From Klebsormidium nitens (taxonomy: Eukaryota > Plantae > Klebsormidiophyceae), in assembly GCA_000708835.1 (NCBI GenBank), contig DF237364.1, positions 1-64,000 of the forward strand: a stretch of 64,000 nucleotides of DNA, given 5' to 3'. The notes beneath the pieces are model-generated. The model was not told the DNA's origin and made no database searches. It saw only the letters and a program-made list of their open reading frames with translations. The translations under genes were made by a program, and so were the position numbers. Shown here piece after piece: positions 1 to 8,140 of the stretch; positions within the stretch are counted from its first letter, which is position 1, and each line of letters opens with the position of its first letter.

Positions 1-1806
1 GACATGGTCAGTCAGGTCACCTGTGCCAGTCTGTGCCTTCGGCCCAAAAACTTCTGCCACGTGCCACGCATGCTGAACCCAAACTTGAGTTATGACCGTT
101 GCTACATGTTTGTTGCCACGTCAGTAAGAAGGTGTCCTAACACTGACGCCCAGTACTTTTGCTTCACTCGCCGCGTCCCAATCGTAATGCCGCGTCACCA
201 TCGACTCACGCGGTTTGTAAGCTGTGGCTATCTGTGTGTCCCAAGTCCCGAGTTCGCGGCAAGTCCCAAGTCCCAAGTCGCAAGTTTCAAGTCCCAAGTC
301 CCAAATCGCGGCCGCAAGTCCCAAGTCCCAAGTCCCAAGTTCCAAGTCCCGAGTTCGCGGCAAGTCCCAAGTCCCAAGACCCAAGTCCCAACTCCCAACT
401 CCCTAGTTCGCGGCAAGTCCCAAGTCCCAAGTCCCAAGTCCCAAGTCCCAAGTCCCAAGTCCCAAGTCCCAAGTCCCAAGTCCCAAGTCCCAAGTCCAGG
501 TCCTAGGAGGAGAGGGAGGGGTGCTTTTTTCGCTGCCTTTCTCTCAGACTCGCCCTGAGCATGTCGAGAAAACCTTGTACTCCAGCAGCATGCCTCCGGG
601 TCTTCACCGGGAACGTCCTTCAGCAGCCTTTCCAAGTATGAAGAGGCAGCAGGAGTAAAGAAAGGAAGACACTAACCCTAATTAGGCTTCATCTGCTAGA
701 TCGACTTGAAACATGACAACTCGGCATATGCATGTTCCACTCATACCATCCGGCTAAAGTGGGCGAGGCTTGGGGCCAGTATCAACTGGGCATGTGGGGC
801 AAGGGTCGGCTAGACCAACCGAGCAGGTGTGCTATGTGTGGGCCAATGAGCTCCAGAACCCTAATTTGCATGGTACTGGGATTTGCGAGTGGTGCGGGAC
901 ATTCTAGCTACTCATCTGCCTGAGCCTTTTACCAGCAGGCAGAGTCAGGTTCGGGTCTCTGACTCGAGGCTATCATATAGGAATGAAGGAAGCTAGCTGC
1001 GGCTGATTCATACGCTGTTGAGGAGCCCCTTGCACCGGGACGAGGACCCTCCTGCTCGTCCTGACTGAGCGCCATGCTAGTGCCATGCTTCTGCCATGCT
1101 AGTGCCATGTGCCATGCTCCTGCCATGCTCCTGCCATGTGCCATGTCAGTGCCATGCTCCTGCCATGCTAGTGCCATGCTCCTGCCATGTGCCATGTGCC
1201 ATGTGCCATGCTCCTGTCATGTGCCATGTGCCATGCTCCTGCCATGCGCCATGCTCCTGCCATGCGCCATGCTAGTGTTATGCGCCATGCTAGTGCCATG
1301 CTTCTGCCATGCTTGTGCCATGTGCCATGCTCCTGCCATGCTCCTGCAATGCTCCTGCCATGCTCCTGCCATGCTTGTGCCATGCTCCTGCCATGTGCCA
1401 TGTGCCATGTCAGTGCCATGCCAGTGCCATGCTAGTGTCATGTGCCATGCTCCTGCCATGCTAGTGCCATGCTCCTGCCATGCTAGTGCCATGTGCCATG
1501 CTCCTGCCATGCTAGTGCCATGCTCCTGCCATGCTAGTGCCATGCTGGTGCCATGTGCCAATGCCATGCTTAGGTGCCATGCTCGGATGCAAAAGCAAAG
1601 TCCTGCGCCAATGCGCTACGCTGACAAGATTCCTCACTGGTTCTGCGCAATCGCTTTCCTAAGCCTTTTTCTTCTTCTTCGGTAAAAGCCGGCTCACCAG
1701 TGTTGACGACCTTTCTCTTCTTCCGAGAACCCGGCACCCCGAGTGCATCAACCCTTTGACCAGAAACTTTCTTTCTTTTACCACCATTGTTGCCCCCTAA
1801 TTCCAT
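1..1806 (-). CDS. 5' part of a host-type, probably spliced hypothetical gene running off the left edge (weak His-Me finger/HNH-like hints)
   Basis: ATG at 1806 (MELGGNNGGKRKK, NLS-like). The putative exons at ~1067-932 (SQDEQ...PDSAC, donor GTAAAA) and from ~628 (after a polypyrimidine tract and AG) join in frame as CW-LLKDVPGEDPEACCW. A further exon candidate near 20-75 reads WQKFLGRRHRLAQ. The first donor is not clear. Confidence 0.35.
240..497. repeat. Tandem 7-bp satellite (CCCAAGT)n with higher-order CCCGAGTTCGCGG interruptions
   Basis: Directly visible. It generates the spurious SPKSQVP/GLGTWD ORFs. Confidence 0.95.
1072..1585. repeat. Tandem satellite of TGCCATG cores with CTCC/CTAG spacers (7/11-bp units)
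   Basis: Directly visible. It generates the spurious CHAPAM/MAHGRS ORFs. Confidence 0.95.
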
Positions 1807-1889
1807 CTGGGGCGAGTGCCATGTGCATGCACGTTGCCATGCCATGCGAGTGCCTTGTACTGTAAAACCCCAAGGACACTGTAACCTTG

Positions 1890-1912
1890 AACCCTAATTC
1901 TTAAAACCCTAA
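1890..1912. promoter_or_regulatory. Telo-box-like motifs (AACCCTAA, AAACCCTAA) upstream of the minus-strand host gene
   Basis: AAACCCTAA at 1904-1912 and AACCCTAA at 1890-1897, about 90-100 nt upstream of ATG 1806. The telo-box is a known plant promoter element. Confidence 0.45.
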
Positions 1913-1977
1913 AATCCCGAAACACTTTAGTCTGTCGAAAACCCGACCTCATAACCTTTGCACGCTTACGCCAATCG

Positions 1978-2727
1978 CTAGAGGAAAGTTAACAACCCCA
2001 GTCTCCCTTCTGGTTTGTGTCGCTTGAGCCACGCTAAGAATTCGTTCCGGCCCATGCGAGTGCGCCTTCCGTTTGGGCCTGCCGCTGAGTACCGGGGTGG
2101 AATCAGCGATTCAGGCACAGGGTAGAGCACCGGATCGTATTGGTCAGAGTCTATCGGGTACCGGCGCAATTCAAAGTCGGATTGTGGTGCGACTCGGATG
2201 GTTCTGAGCTCTCCGGTACGGCTGTCCATGTTGGGGTCAGGGCGGTAGCCCAGTTTCCAATTCGACGTGTCAATGTTGCGTGGGCGCGTTGGAAACCAGC
2301 TGTCCCCTGGTCCAGGTCTTCTGAACCGTATGCGGACTTTGTCAGCTAACGCGAGTGGGATCAGTGCATGTTCGCCGAGGGGTGCGAATCCGTGTCTGTT
2401 CCTGGTTGAGCTCATCAGCTGCTCGATCTCTCTGGTCAGCGTCGGAGCAATGTATTCGAATGGTCGATCCTCCTCTCTGTCTCGAGAAACGCGCAGCTGC
2501 CTCTGTGGGAGATTCCTGGAGTGGAAATTTTCGGTCTGACGTCTCTGTACGGCGTGGGCTAGCCTCTCCCTCGCTCTCTGCAGTTCGACCCGCAGCTCAT
2601 AGGGCGCGTGCTCGGGAGAAGGATATGCGGCCACTTCTTGTTCCAGGCTCACGACGTCCCTGGCCGAATCGTTTGCGAGTTGTGCCAGGTTCGTTCTTTC
2701 ATATCTCCCTGGGTTCGCGGCGGCCAT
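1978..2727 (-). CDS. Orphan viral hypothetical protein (249 aa, R/P-rich)
   Basis: Open intronless ORF. ATG 2727 (MAAANPGRY) is preceded by the shared TGAG..AGAGT motif. No recognisable domain. Confidence 0.65.
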   Translation of the reverse strand: MAAANPGRYERTNLAQLANDSARDVVSLEQEVAAYPSPEHAPYELRVELQRARERLAHAVQRRQTENFHSRNLPQRQLRVSRDREEDRPFEYIAPTLTREIEQLMSSTRNRHGFAPLGEHALIPLALADKVRIRFRRPGPGDSWFPTRPRNIDTSNWKLGYRPDPNMDSRTGELRTIRVAPQSDFELRRYPIDSDQYDPVLYPVPESLIPPRYSAAGPNGRRTRMGRNEFLAWLKRHKPEGRLGLLTFL

Positions 2728-2802
2728 TCGAAAACGGCTATAGACTCTTCTCAGAATTAAAAGTAGCACACAAGTCCTGGACAAAACAAAGACAACCTGC
2801 TC

Positions 2803-3693
2803 TCAAACTTGTTTCACGGCCTGTGCTGGGCCATAACCGTTGCAGTCCCAGAGTTGTACCGGACCGTTGTTCACCCGAGTGCCGTTCGGGAGGTCCATGC
2901 ACCTACCTGCTGCAAAGTTCATCAGCCCCCCTTGTTTACTCGATTGCCACCTCTGCAGGCTGTTCTGATCAGAGCACGGCTGCAATGCGAGCCTCGAGCC
3001 GTTTCCGTTCCCGCTTGGACCTATACAGAGATTCTTATTGATATTGGACCTGAACTGTAAGGCTCCTATCTGCATCGTGTCGACCGCGAGAGCCTGATTG
3101 GGGTCCGATTGGGAACAAGGCCATTGGACGATCGGAGTGCCAGACGCATGGTTTCCGCCGAGTACTGTCAGGCACTGATTTTGCCCCCCTATGCTCATCC
3201 GTCCGACGTTATATTGTACAGGGACTTGCGTTGTTTGACCGCTGTACTGCGGAGCAGTCTGAGGGACTTGCGTGGGTTGAGAGCTAGCGGGCTGAGGGCT
3301 GCCCGCTGTCACATAAGTCACAGAAGGCGCCCTCGACATGCATCTCGCGAGAGTGAAGCCAGAGAAAAAGCCTGGATCTTTCTGAATGACGTAGGAAAAA
3401 ACGGCTTCGGATTGCGCTGGCGTCAGTCCGTTCTGCTGACTGGATGTCTTGACAATGTTTATCAATTGGTCATACGCAGTGCAGTCATCGATGTGTTTGT
3501 CTCTATAGAGAACCAGATTGTTGTAAAGTGCGTCTCCTATCGCCATCACTTTGTATCTGGTGGTGGCATCCAACGCCGCCAGAGCCGTGGCGGCCTTCGG
3601 GTCGTCGAATGCTTCCACGAGACCGGGCGAAGGGCACAGCGCTACCACGACCACGACGAGCAGGAGGAGGATCAAGATGACCTTGGTCGACAT
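2803..3693 (-). CDS. Secreted or membrane-anchored ricin-B (R-type) lectin-domain protein
   Basis: Hydrophobic N-terminus (VILILLLLVVVVVALC...VEA), a ~95-aa domain, a P/T/Q linker, then beta-trefoil signatures: QCLTV..G...SGTPIVQWPC, NLCI...LALQPC...QRW, GRCMDLP.G....G.VQLWDC. Confidence 0.85.
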   Translation of the reverse strand: MSTKVILILLLLVVVVVALCPSPGLVEAFDDPKAATALAALDATTRYKVMAIGDALYNNLVLYRDKHIDDCTAYDQLINIVKTSSQQNGLTPAQSEAVFSYVIQKDPGFFSGFTLARCMSRAPSVTYVTAGSPQPASSQPTQVPQTAPQYSGQTTQVPVQYNVGRMSIGGQNQCLTVLGGNHASGTPIVQWPCSQSDPNQALAVDTMQIGALQFRSNINKNLCIGPSGNGNGSRLALQPCSDQNSLQRWQSSKQGGLMNFAAGRCMDLPNGTRVNNGPVQLWDCNGYGPAQAVKQV

Positions 3694-3782
3694 GCTCTCA
3701 GGTATATACTAGTTTTATTGCGAAAACGTCGTGATCACGAAGAATGTATGTGCTGCGATGTAGAGCGAGTCAGACGAGCACC

Positions 3783-4007
3783 ATGGACACGTCTTCTCTA
3801 GACCTGCTAGCCACAGTCGCAATAGGAGCGAGCGAGAGCGATGTGGCATATGCGGGAAGTCAGGCAGAGCGATTGAAGCACCTTGCAAAGATTGTCGCGC
3901 AAATGAGATATGAGCAGAAGAGCTGCAGAGGATCTGAAGGGGATAGGAATCCGGACAAAAATATACAAAGCTGCGATGCTAAAGACCAACGAGGTAAAAG
4001 GCCGTAA
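3783..4007 (+). CDS. Small hypothetical protein (74 aa) with an N-terminal LDLLATVA motif
   Basis: Fills the gap between the lectin gene and the Bro-N gene. Good ATG context (ACCATGG). Confidence 0.5.
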   Translation: MDTSSLDLLATVAIGASESDVAYAGSQAERLKHLAKIVAQMRYEQKSCRGSEGDRNPDKNIQSCDAKDQRGKRP

Positions 4008-4142
4008 TTGTCACAATGGAGAAGTTCAACGCAAAGGAGTAGGATCACAGGGACGCAGATGACCATAATTGAGCAAGAAGCGCCGGTCTTCTCATCATGG
4101 TCACACTGGTTTAATGGTTACATTCTTTCCAAACAGAGTATT

Positions 4143-5825
4143 CTAATCGCAAGCATACTTGTATGCTAATCCATTTATAATCGTCTTCTTCTTTATTGTG
4201 TATCCTACTTTGGCTGTGCTCCATCCGAGGGACGCCGCCGCATCTGACACCTTGTCCCATTTCCGTTTCACGAGTCCACTCTTTTCCTCTAATTCCTCAA
4301 CAGGACGCGCAGCACTTGGAGGAACACGCCTCTTGTATGTCGCCTCATTCCCTTTCAAGCAGATCCCGTAGTAACCTTTCTCGGTGTACTTTGAGTCAGC
4401 CTTCCACAGAGCACAGTGTACGTAGTGTTGATCCAGAAAGGTGTGAATACCCTTTAGCTCCGTACGATCTTCCTCGTAGTCTGGGTCCTTTTCTTTCTTC
4501 CATCTGAAATACGTGGCCTCCAAATCGCTGTCATAGAGTCTGCTGGAGCACGTCTCCACGCACGTCACTTGCACAAATTTCTCGATCTCCCAGAGGACCA
4601 TGGTCTTGGCTCTTTTGTATGGGATGATTCTTAAGCCCTTGTATCCGTGAGGAACCATTTCGCCATCCTGGATGCGGCAAGGCATGAAACGTGTCTTCAA
4701 ATAGCGAATGAGAGCCTCCTTCAGGCCTCGGTTGGTCAATCTCGCCCAGAGTATGAAGCGTACGTGGATCTCAGCCGGGAAGTCGTAAAAGTCTGTTCCA
4801 ACTTCGCAGCACTCGTCGACGAAGCGATTGAAGTCGTAGACGACTTGAATGTCCGGTAAAGTCGTATCGTTTGCTTCAGGAGGTTCTGTGTCCTTCAGCA
4901 CAGGCGTTGTCACTGCCTTTTCTTTCATCTTTGTCAGAATGTCCTTGATTTCGGTAAGCTCGGCTTGTAGCGTTTGGTTCGTGACTTTGCTGGAGTCTGA
5001 TTGTTGGTGACTAGTCTGAGCTACATCTCCACGGATCTCGTGGTTGAGCAACCCAACGACCTTTTGAAAGATCTTGGCGTTTGCATCAGTACAGTCCGAG
5101 CCACCGTTCGTGAGAGCAAAAAGATCTGCCACAACTCTTGTCAAAGTTTTCGCGTACTCGACGCTCGTATCATATACCTCGCTCTTCACTAACCCCCCTG
5201 TGTTCTTCATCAGTCTGTGCAGAACGCTTTCTGCGTCGTTGATGCAGTCTGCGGGGACTTCCACAGAGTATGTCAGACGTCCAAACGGGTTTGTTTGTCG
5301 GTATGGGCCTTGTCTGCCAGCAGTGTCTTTGGTCTTTCCCAACTTGATCCGGCACTTGCTGTCTGACTGAGCGTTCTCCAATTTGAAGTTGTATAAGAAG
5401 TTTGTCTTTCGATCTGTTTCTTTCTCCAGCCTCGAGGTTTGTTCTTTGAGGTTGTTATTGTCCTCTCTCAGCGTGCGCAACTCCTTCTCACGTGCTTGTT
5501 CATTCTGTCGGATCTTCGCGATCGCTTTCAGCCTGATGTCCTTGAGGGTGTCAAACACCCATTCTCTCAACACGTCTGCGATTGGATGTTGGCTCTTCAT
5601 GAGGAGCAGTTGCACACCATTCTCCGTCAACAACTCTTCCCGTTCTGTGAGTCCATGTCTACTCACAACGCATTTAGAGGGCAGGTTTGCTACAATTGCG
5701 TCGACATCGGTCAGTCTCACGATATCACTCATCTGATGGGCATAAAAGAGCGGCTCTTCTAGCGTGCCTTGTATGTTGACCTGGAAGACATCGTAGCCTG
5801 TCTCGAATGCCTCTGCTATGTCCAT
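4143..5825 (-). CDS. Bro-N + coiled coil + T5orf172/GIY-YIG-like + winged-helix-like repeats + NUMOD1-like DNA-binding protein
   Basis: N-terminal IQGTLEEPLFYAHQ...LLTENGVQLLLMKSQHPIADVLREWV (Bro-N). IKLGKTKDTAGRQGPYRQTNP (T5orf172-like). C-terminal PVEELEEKSGLVKRKWDKVSDAAASLG...YKY (NUMOD1-like). This modular design is typical of NCLDV Bro/KilA proteins. Confidence 0.8.
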   Translation of the reverse strand: MDIAEAFETGYDVFQVNIQGTLEEPLFYAHQMSDIVRLTDVDAIVANLPSKCVVSRHGLTEREELLTENGVQLLLMKSQHPIADVLREWVFDTLKDIRLKAIAKIRQNEQAREKELRTLREDNNNLKEQTSRLEKETDRKTNFLYNFKLENAQSDSKCRIKLGKTKDTAGRQGPYRQTNPFGRLTYSVEVPADCINDAESVLHRLMKNTGGLVKSEVYDTSVEYAKTLTRVVADLFALTNGGSDCTDANAKIFQKVVGLLNHEIRGDVAQTSHQQSDSSKVTNQTLQAELTEIKDILTKMKEKAVTTPVLKDTEPPEANDTTLPDIQVVYDFNRFVDECCEVGTDFYDFPAEIHVRFILWARLTNRGLKEALIRYLKTRFMPCRIQDGEMVPHGYKGLRIIPYKRAKTMVLWEIEKFVQVTCVETCSSRLYDSDLEATYFRWKKEKDPDYEEDRTELKGIHTFLDQHYVHCALWKADSKYTEKGYYGICLKGNEATYKRRVPPSAARPVEELEEKSGLVKRKWDKVSDAAASLGWSTAKVGYTIKKKTIINGLAYKYACD

Positions 5826-6052
5826 CGTGATATTCTACTTCCAAGCGTCAGCACGCTTTGTTCTTGCAGTAAGCCAACGAATCACTCCACACCGTTGTGA
5901 ATTTCAAGTGTCGACCGATGTCTTTCCTATATCGGCTCTCACATGGTAGGAGAGCCTTACCCATGATCTTCCCTATATCGACCTAAAGACAACCGCGGAT
6001 ATTACCAATGAGTATTTCTCTAGACTGAGATAAGAGTACTGCTTCCATAGAA

Positions 6053-6838
6053 ATGGGAGAAATAACCCTGAAAAAGTTCTCGTTAAGCACGATTCCGGAT
6101 AACTCATTCATTGTTTTAGCTGGTAGGCGCAATTCAGGTAAAACGGTTTTAGTAACCGATATTTTACATTCGAAACGAAAGATCTTCCCATGTGGGATTG
6201 TGATGTCTGGCACGGAAGAGAGTAATCACTATTACAAGTCCATCGTACCTGACTCGTTCATTTACGGCGATTTCGACGAGGATGTCATCTGGAAGCTCTT
6301 GGAGAGGCAGAAGCGGATCCTCGATAACAACCTCCCAAACGGCAAGGTGTTTGTCCTATTGGACGATTGTGCGTACTCGAAGAAGGCAATGTCCAGCAAA
6401 GCTCTATCAGCCTTGGCCAAGAACGGACGTCATTATAATGTGACAATTTTGCTAACAATTCAATATGCACTCGATATCCCTCCTGACATCCGAAACAACA
6501 TCGATCTTTTCTTTTGTTTCGCCGACAACGTGCAGCTGAACCAGAAGAAGCTCTACGATCACTATTTCGGCAATTTTGAAAATCTCCAAGTCTTCAAGGA
6601 CGTCTTCAAGGCATGTACCCGTGACTACGAGGTCCTGGTACTGAACAATCTAGCAAAGTCCGGCGAGTTGCAGGACACTGTCTTCTGGTACAAGGCGTCT
6701 CTACACGAGCCGTTCCGGATAGGGCACAAGTCCTTTTGGAAATATCACGATCAGACGTACGCTAAGAAGGAGCGCCATGACGAGGAGAACAGTCGCTCGG
6801 TGCGCGGGAGCAAGATCAAGATCGTCAAGAAGGAGTGA
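6053..6838 (+). CDS. A32-like DNA packaging ATPase (FtsK/HerA superfamily), NCLDV type
   Basis: Walker A GRRNSGKT, SGTEE.N..Y, Walker B VLLDDC, NGRH, TIQY, and NID. The length and motif order are typical of Mimiviridae/Phycodnaviridae-type A32. Confidence 0.95.
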   Translation: MGEITLKKFSLSTIPDNSFIVLAGRRNSGKTVLVTDILHSKRKIFPCGIVMSGTEESNHYYKSIVPDSFIYGDFDEDVIWKLLERQKRILDNNLPNGKVFVLLDDCAYSKKAMSSKALSALAKNGRHYNVTILLTIQYALDIPPDIRNNIDLFFCFADNVQLNQKKLYDHYFGNFENLQVFKDVFKACTRDYEVLVLNNLAKSGELQDTVFWYKASLHEPFRIGHKSFWKYHDQTYAKKERHDEENSRSVRGSKIKIVKKE

Positions 6839-8087
6839 TGGGCGGCTCGTCGGGGCCCTCCAGGCGGATGGGAAAGTGCGCCGTGGGGACGAGCAGGAGG
6901 TCCATGTGCAGGCCTTCCAGCGCCACGCTGCAGAAGTTGAGGTCTTCCTCGCAGAACTTGGTGTTCACGGTGGCCTTGAGCGCCACGTAGTCGGTCCCTG
7001 GAACGCGCGGCGGCACCTGCGGCCCGTTGAATATGACCCCCAGCGAGGTCATCTGAGGCGTCGGGCACAGCAAGCAGGACCACCCTGGAGGGAGCCTGAC
7101 CTCTAGTCCCGTGTCGAAGACCGTCTGGGTGGTCCTCTCGGCGGTGACATCCACGACCTTCAGGGACCACGCCTTGTCGGACCACGCCTTACTCAACGAG
7201 GAGAGGGTCGGATACCCGGCCTTCCGGACTCGGATCGTGGGATTCGGCGTCGCTCTGGTGTACGGGACATTGGCGCAGGCAAACTCGTTGAACCTGTCCC
7301 TGTGACTCTTGAAGTAGTAGGTCGAACCCTCGAACATATAACCCATCACGTCCAGCGCCTCGCCTCCGACGTATGCGATGGTCTTGGGGTCCTTCGCGTC
7401 CCTCCTCGGGGTGTGGTTCGGGAAGTTACCCATCACCCCAGCAGCCAAATATGGAGAGGGCAGATCGAACTCGCAGATCATCGTGGAGTTCTCCCACCTG
7501 GCCGTCCCAGCGCCGTCGAAGAGACCTCTGATGAAGTGGCGGTCGAGCAGAGGGTCGAGGACGTTCGATGACGGAAAGCAGGACTCGGTCCTGTAGTTGT
7601 CTAGATTCACGCCCAATATCTCGAAAGCTCTCTGGATCAGGCGTTCCGATCTAGCAATGAAGTAGCGCGCAGACTGCCTCTTTACTTTCAAGCGCCCTGG
7701 TCGCTCCATGACCAGATTCCTCAGGGCATCTATGGCACCCGCGTCTTTCTTGCCCGACTCTAGGACCATCTCGTTGTGTCGAGAGATCTTTGCGTACCCG
7801 CTGGCTATCAATCCCAGGAGATATGCAGGACCCTCGTCCTCTATGACGTCCAGAATGTTCTCCCTGACACCTGCTGGCTGCATCACCGCGCTGACGGAAT
7901 TGTCATAACAATTGGGACATATCGCGAAACCGGGCGGTTTGCCCAGAGGAGCCGCCCGATTCAGCAACTGTCTGTATTGCGACTTGAACTTCTCCGAGCA
8001 TTTCGCAGAGACCCGGAGGTCGCAGCTACACTTGACGCGGACGGCCGAGTCGGGCGCCAGCGAGGAAAAGTCGTCCAGGATACCCAT
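6825..8087 (-). CDS. Zinc ribbon + LAGLIDADG + dUTPase-like fusion, catalytic residues degenerate
   Basis: CSC..C...CPNC at the N-terminus. LAGLIDADG helices AYLLGLIASGY and HFIRGLFDGAG. C-terminal FDTGLEVRLPPGW.CLL.P (dUTPase fold). Likely ATG at 8087, preceded by the shared motif. Confidence 0.7.
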   Translation of the reverse strand: MGILDDFSSLAPDSAVRVKCSCDLRVSAKCSEKFKSQYRQLLNRAAPLGKPPGFAICPNCYDNSVSAVMQPAGVRENILDVIEDEGPAYLLGLIASGYAKISRHNEMVLESGKKDAGAIDALRNLVMERPGRLKVKRQSARYFIARSERLIQRAFEILGVNLDNYRTESCFPSSNVLDPLLDRHFIRGLFDGAGTARWENSTMICEFDLPSPYLAAGVMGNFPNHTPRRDAKDPKTIAYVGGEALDVMGYMFEGSTYYFKSHRDRFNEFACANVPYTRATPNPTIRVRKAGYPTLSSLSKAWSDKAWSLKVVDVTAERTTQTVFDTGLEVRLPPGWSCLLCPTPQMTSLGVIFNGPQVPPRVPGTDYVALKATVNTKFCEEDLNFCSVALEGLHMDLLLVPTAHFPIRLEGPDEPPITPS

Positions 8088-8140
8088 GATCCTTTCGCTG
8101 ATACTCTCCCTCAAAAGAAAAGGGCCGACCGGGACGCATC

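Noticed and set aside
240-497. True telomere
   Set aside because: Unique sequence lies on both sides, and the unit differs from known green-lineage telomere repeats.
4-635. ORFs 4-558, 159-506 and 228-635 with SPKSQVP/GLGTWD repeats
   Set aside because: They are translations of a stop-free 7-bp satellite and are open in several frames on both strands.
1074-1685. Cys/His/Met-rich 'metal-binding' ORFs
   Set aside because: Artefact of the TGCCATG satellite.
6825-8087. Active homing endonuclease, intein or active dUTPase
   Set aside because: The catalytic acids and dUTPase motifs are missing, and there are no intein splicing residues.
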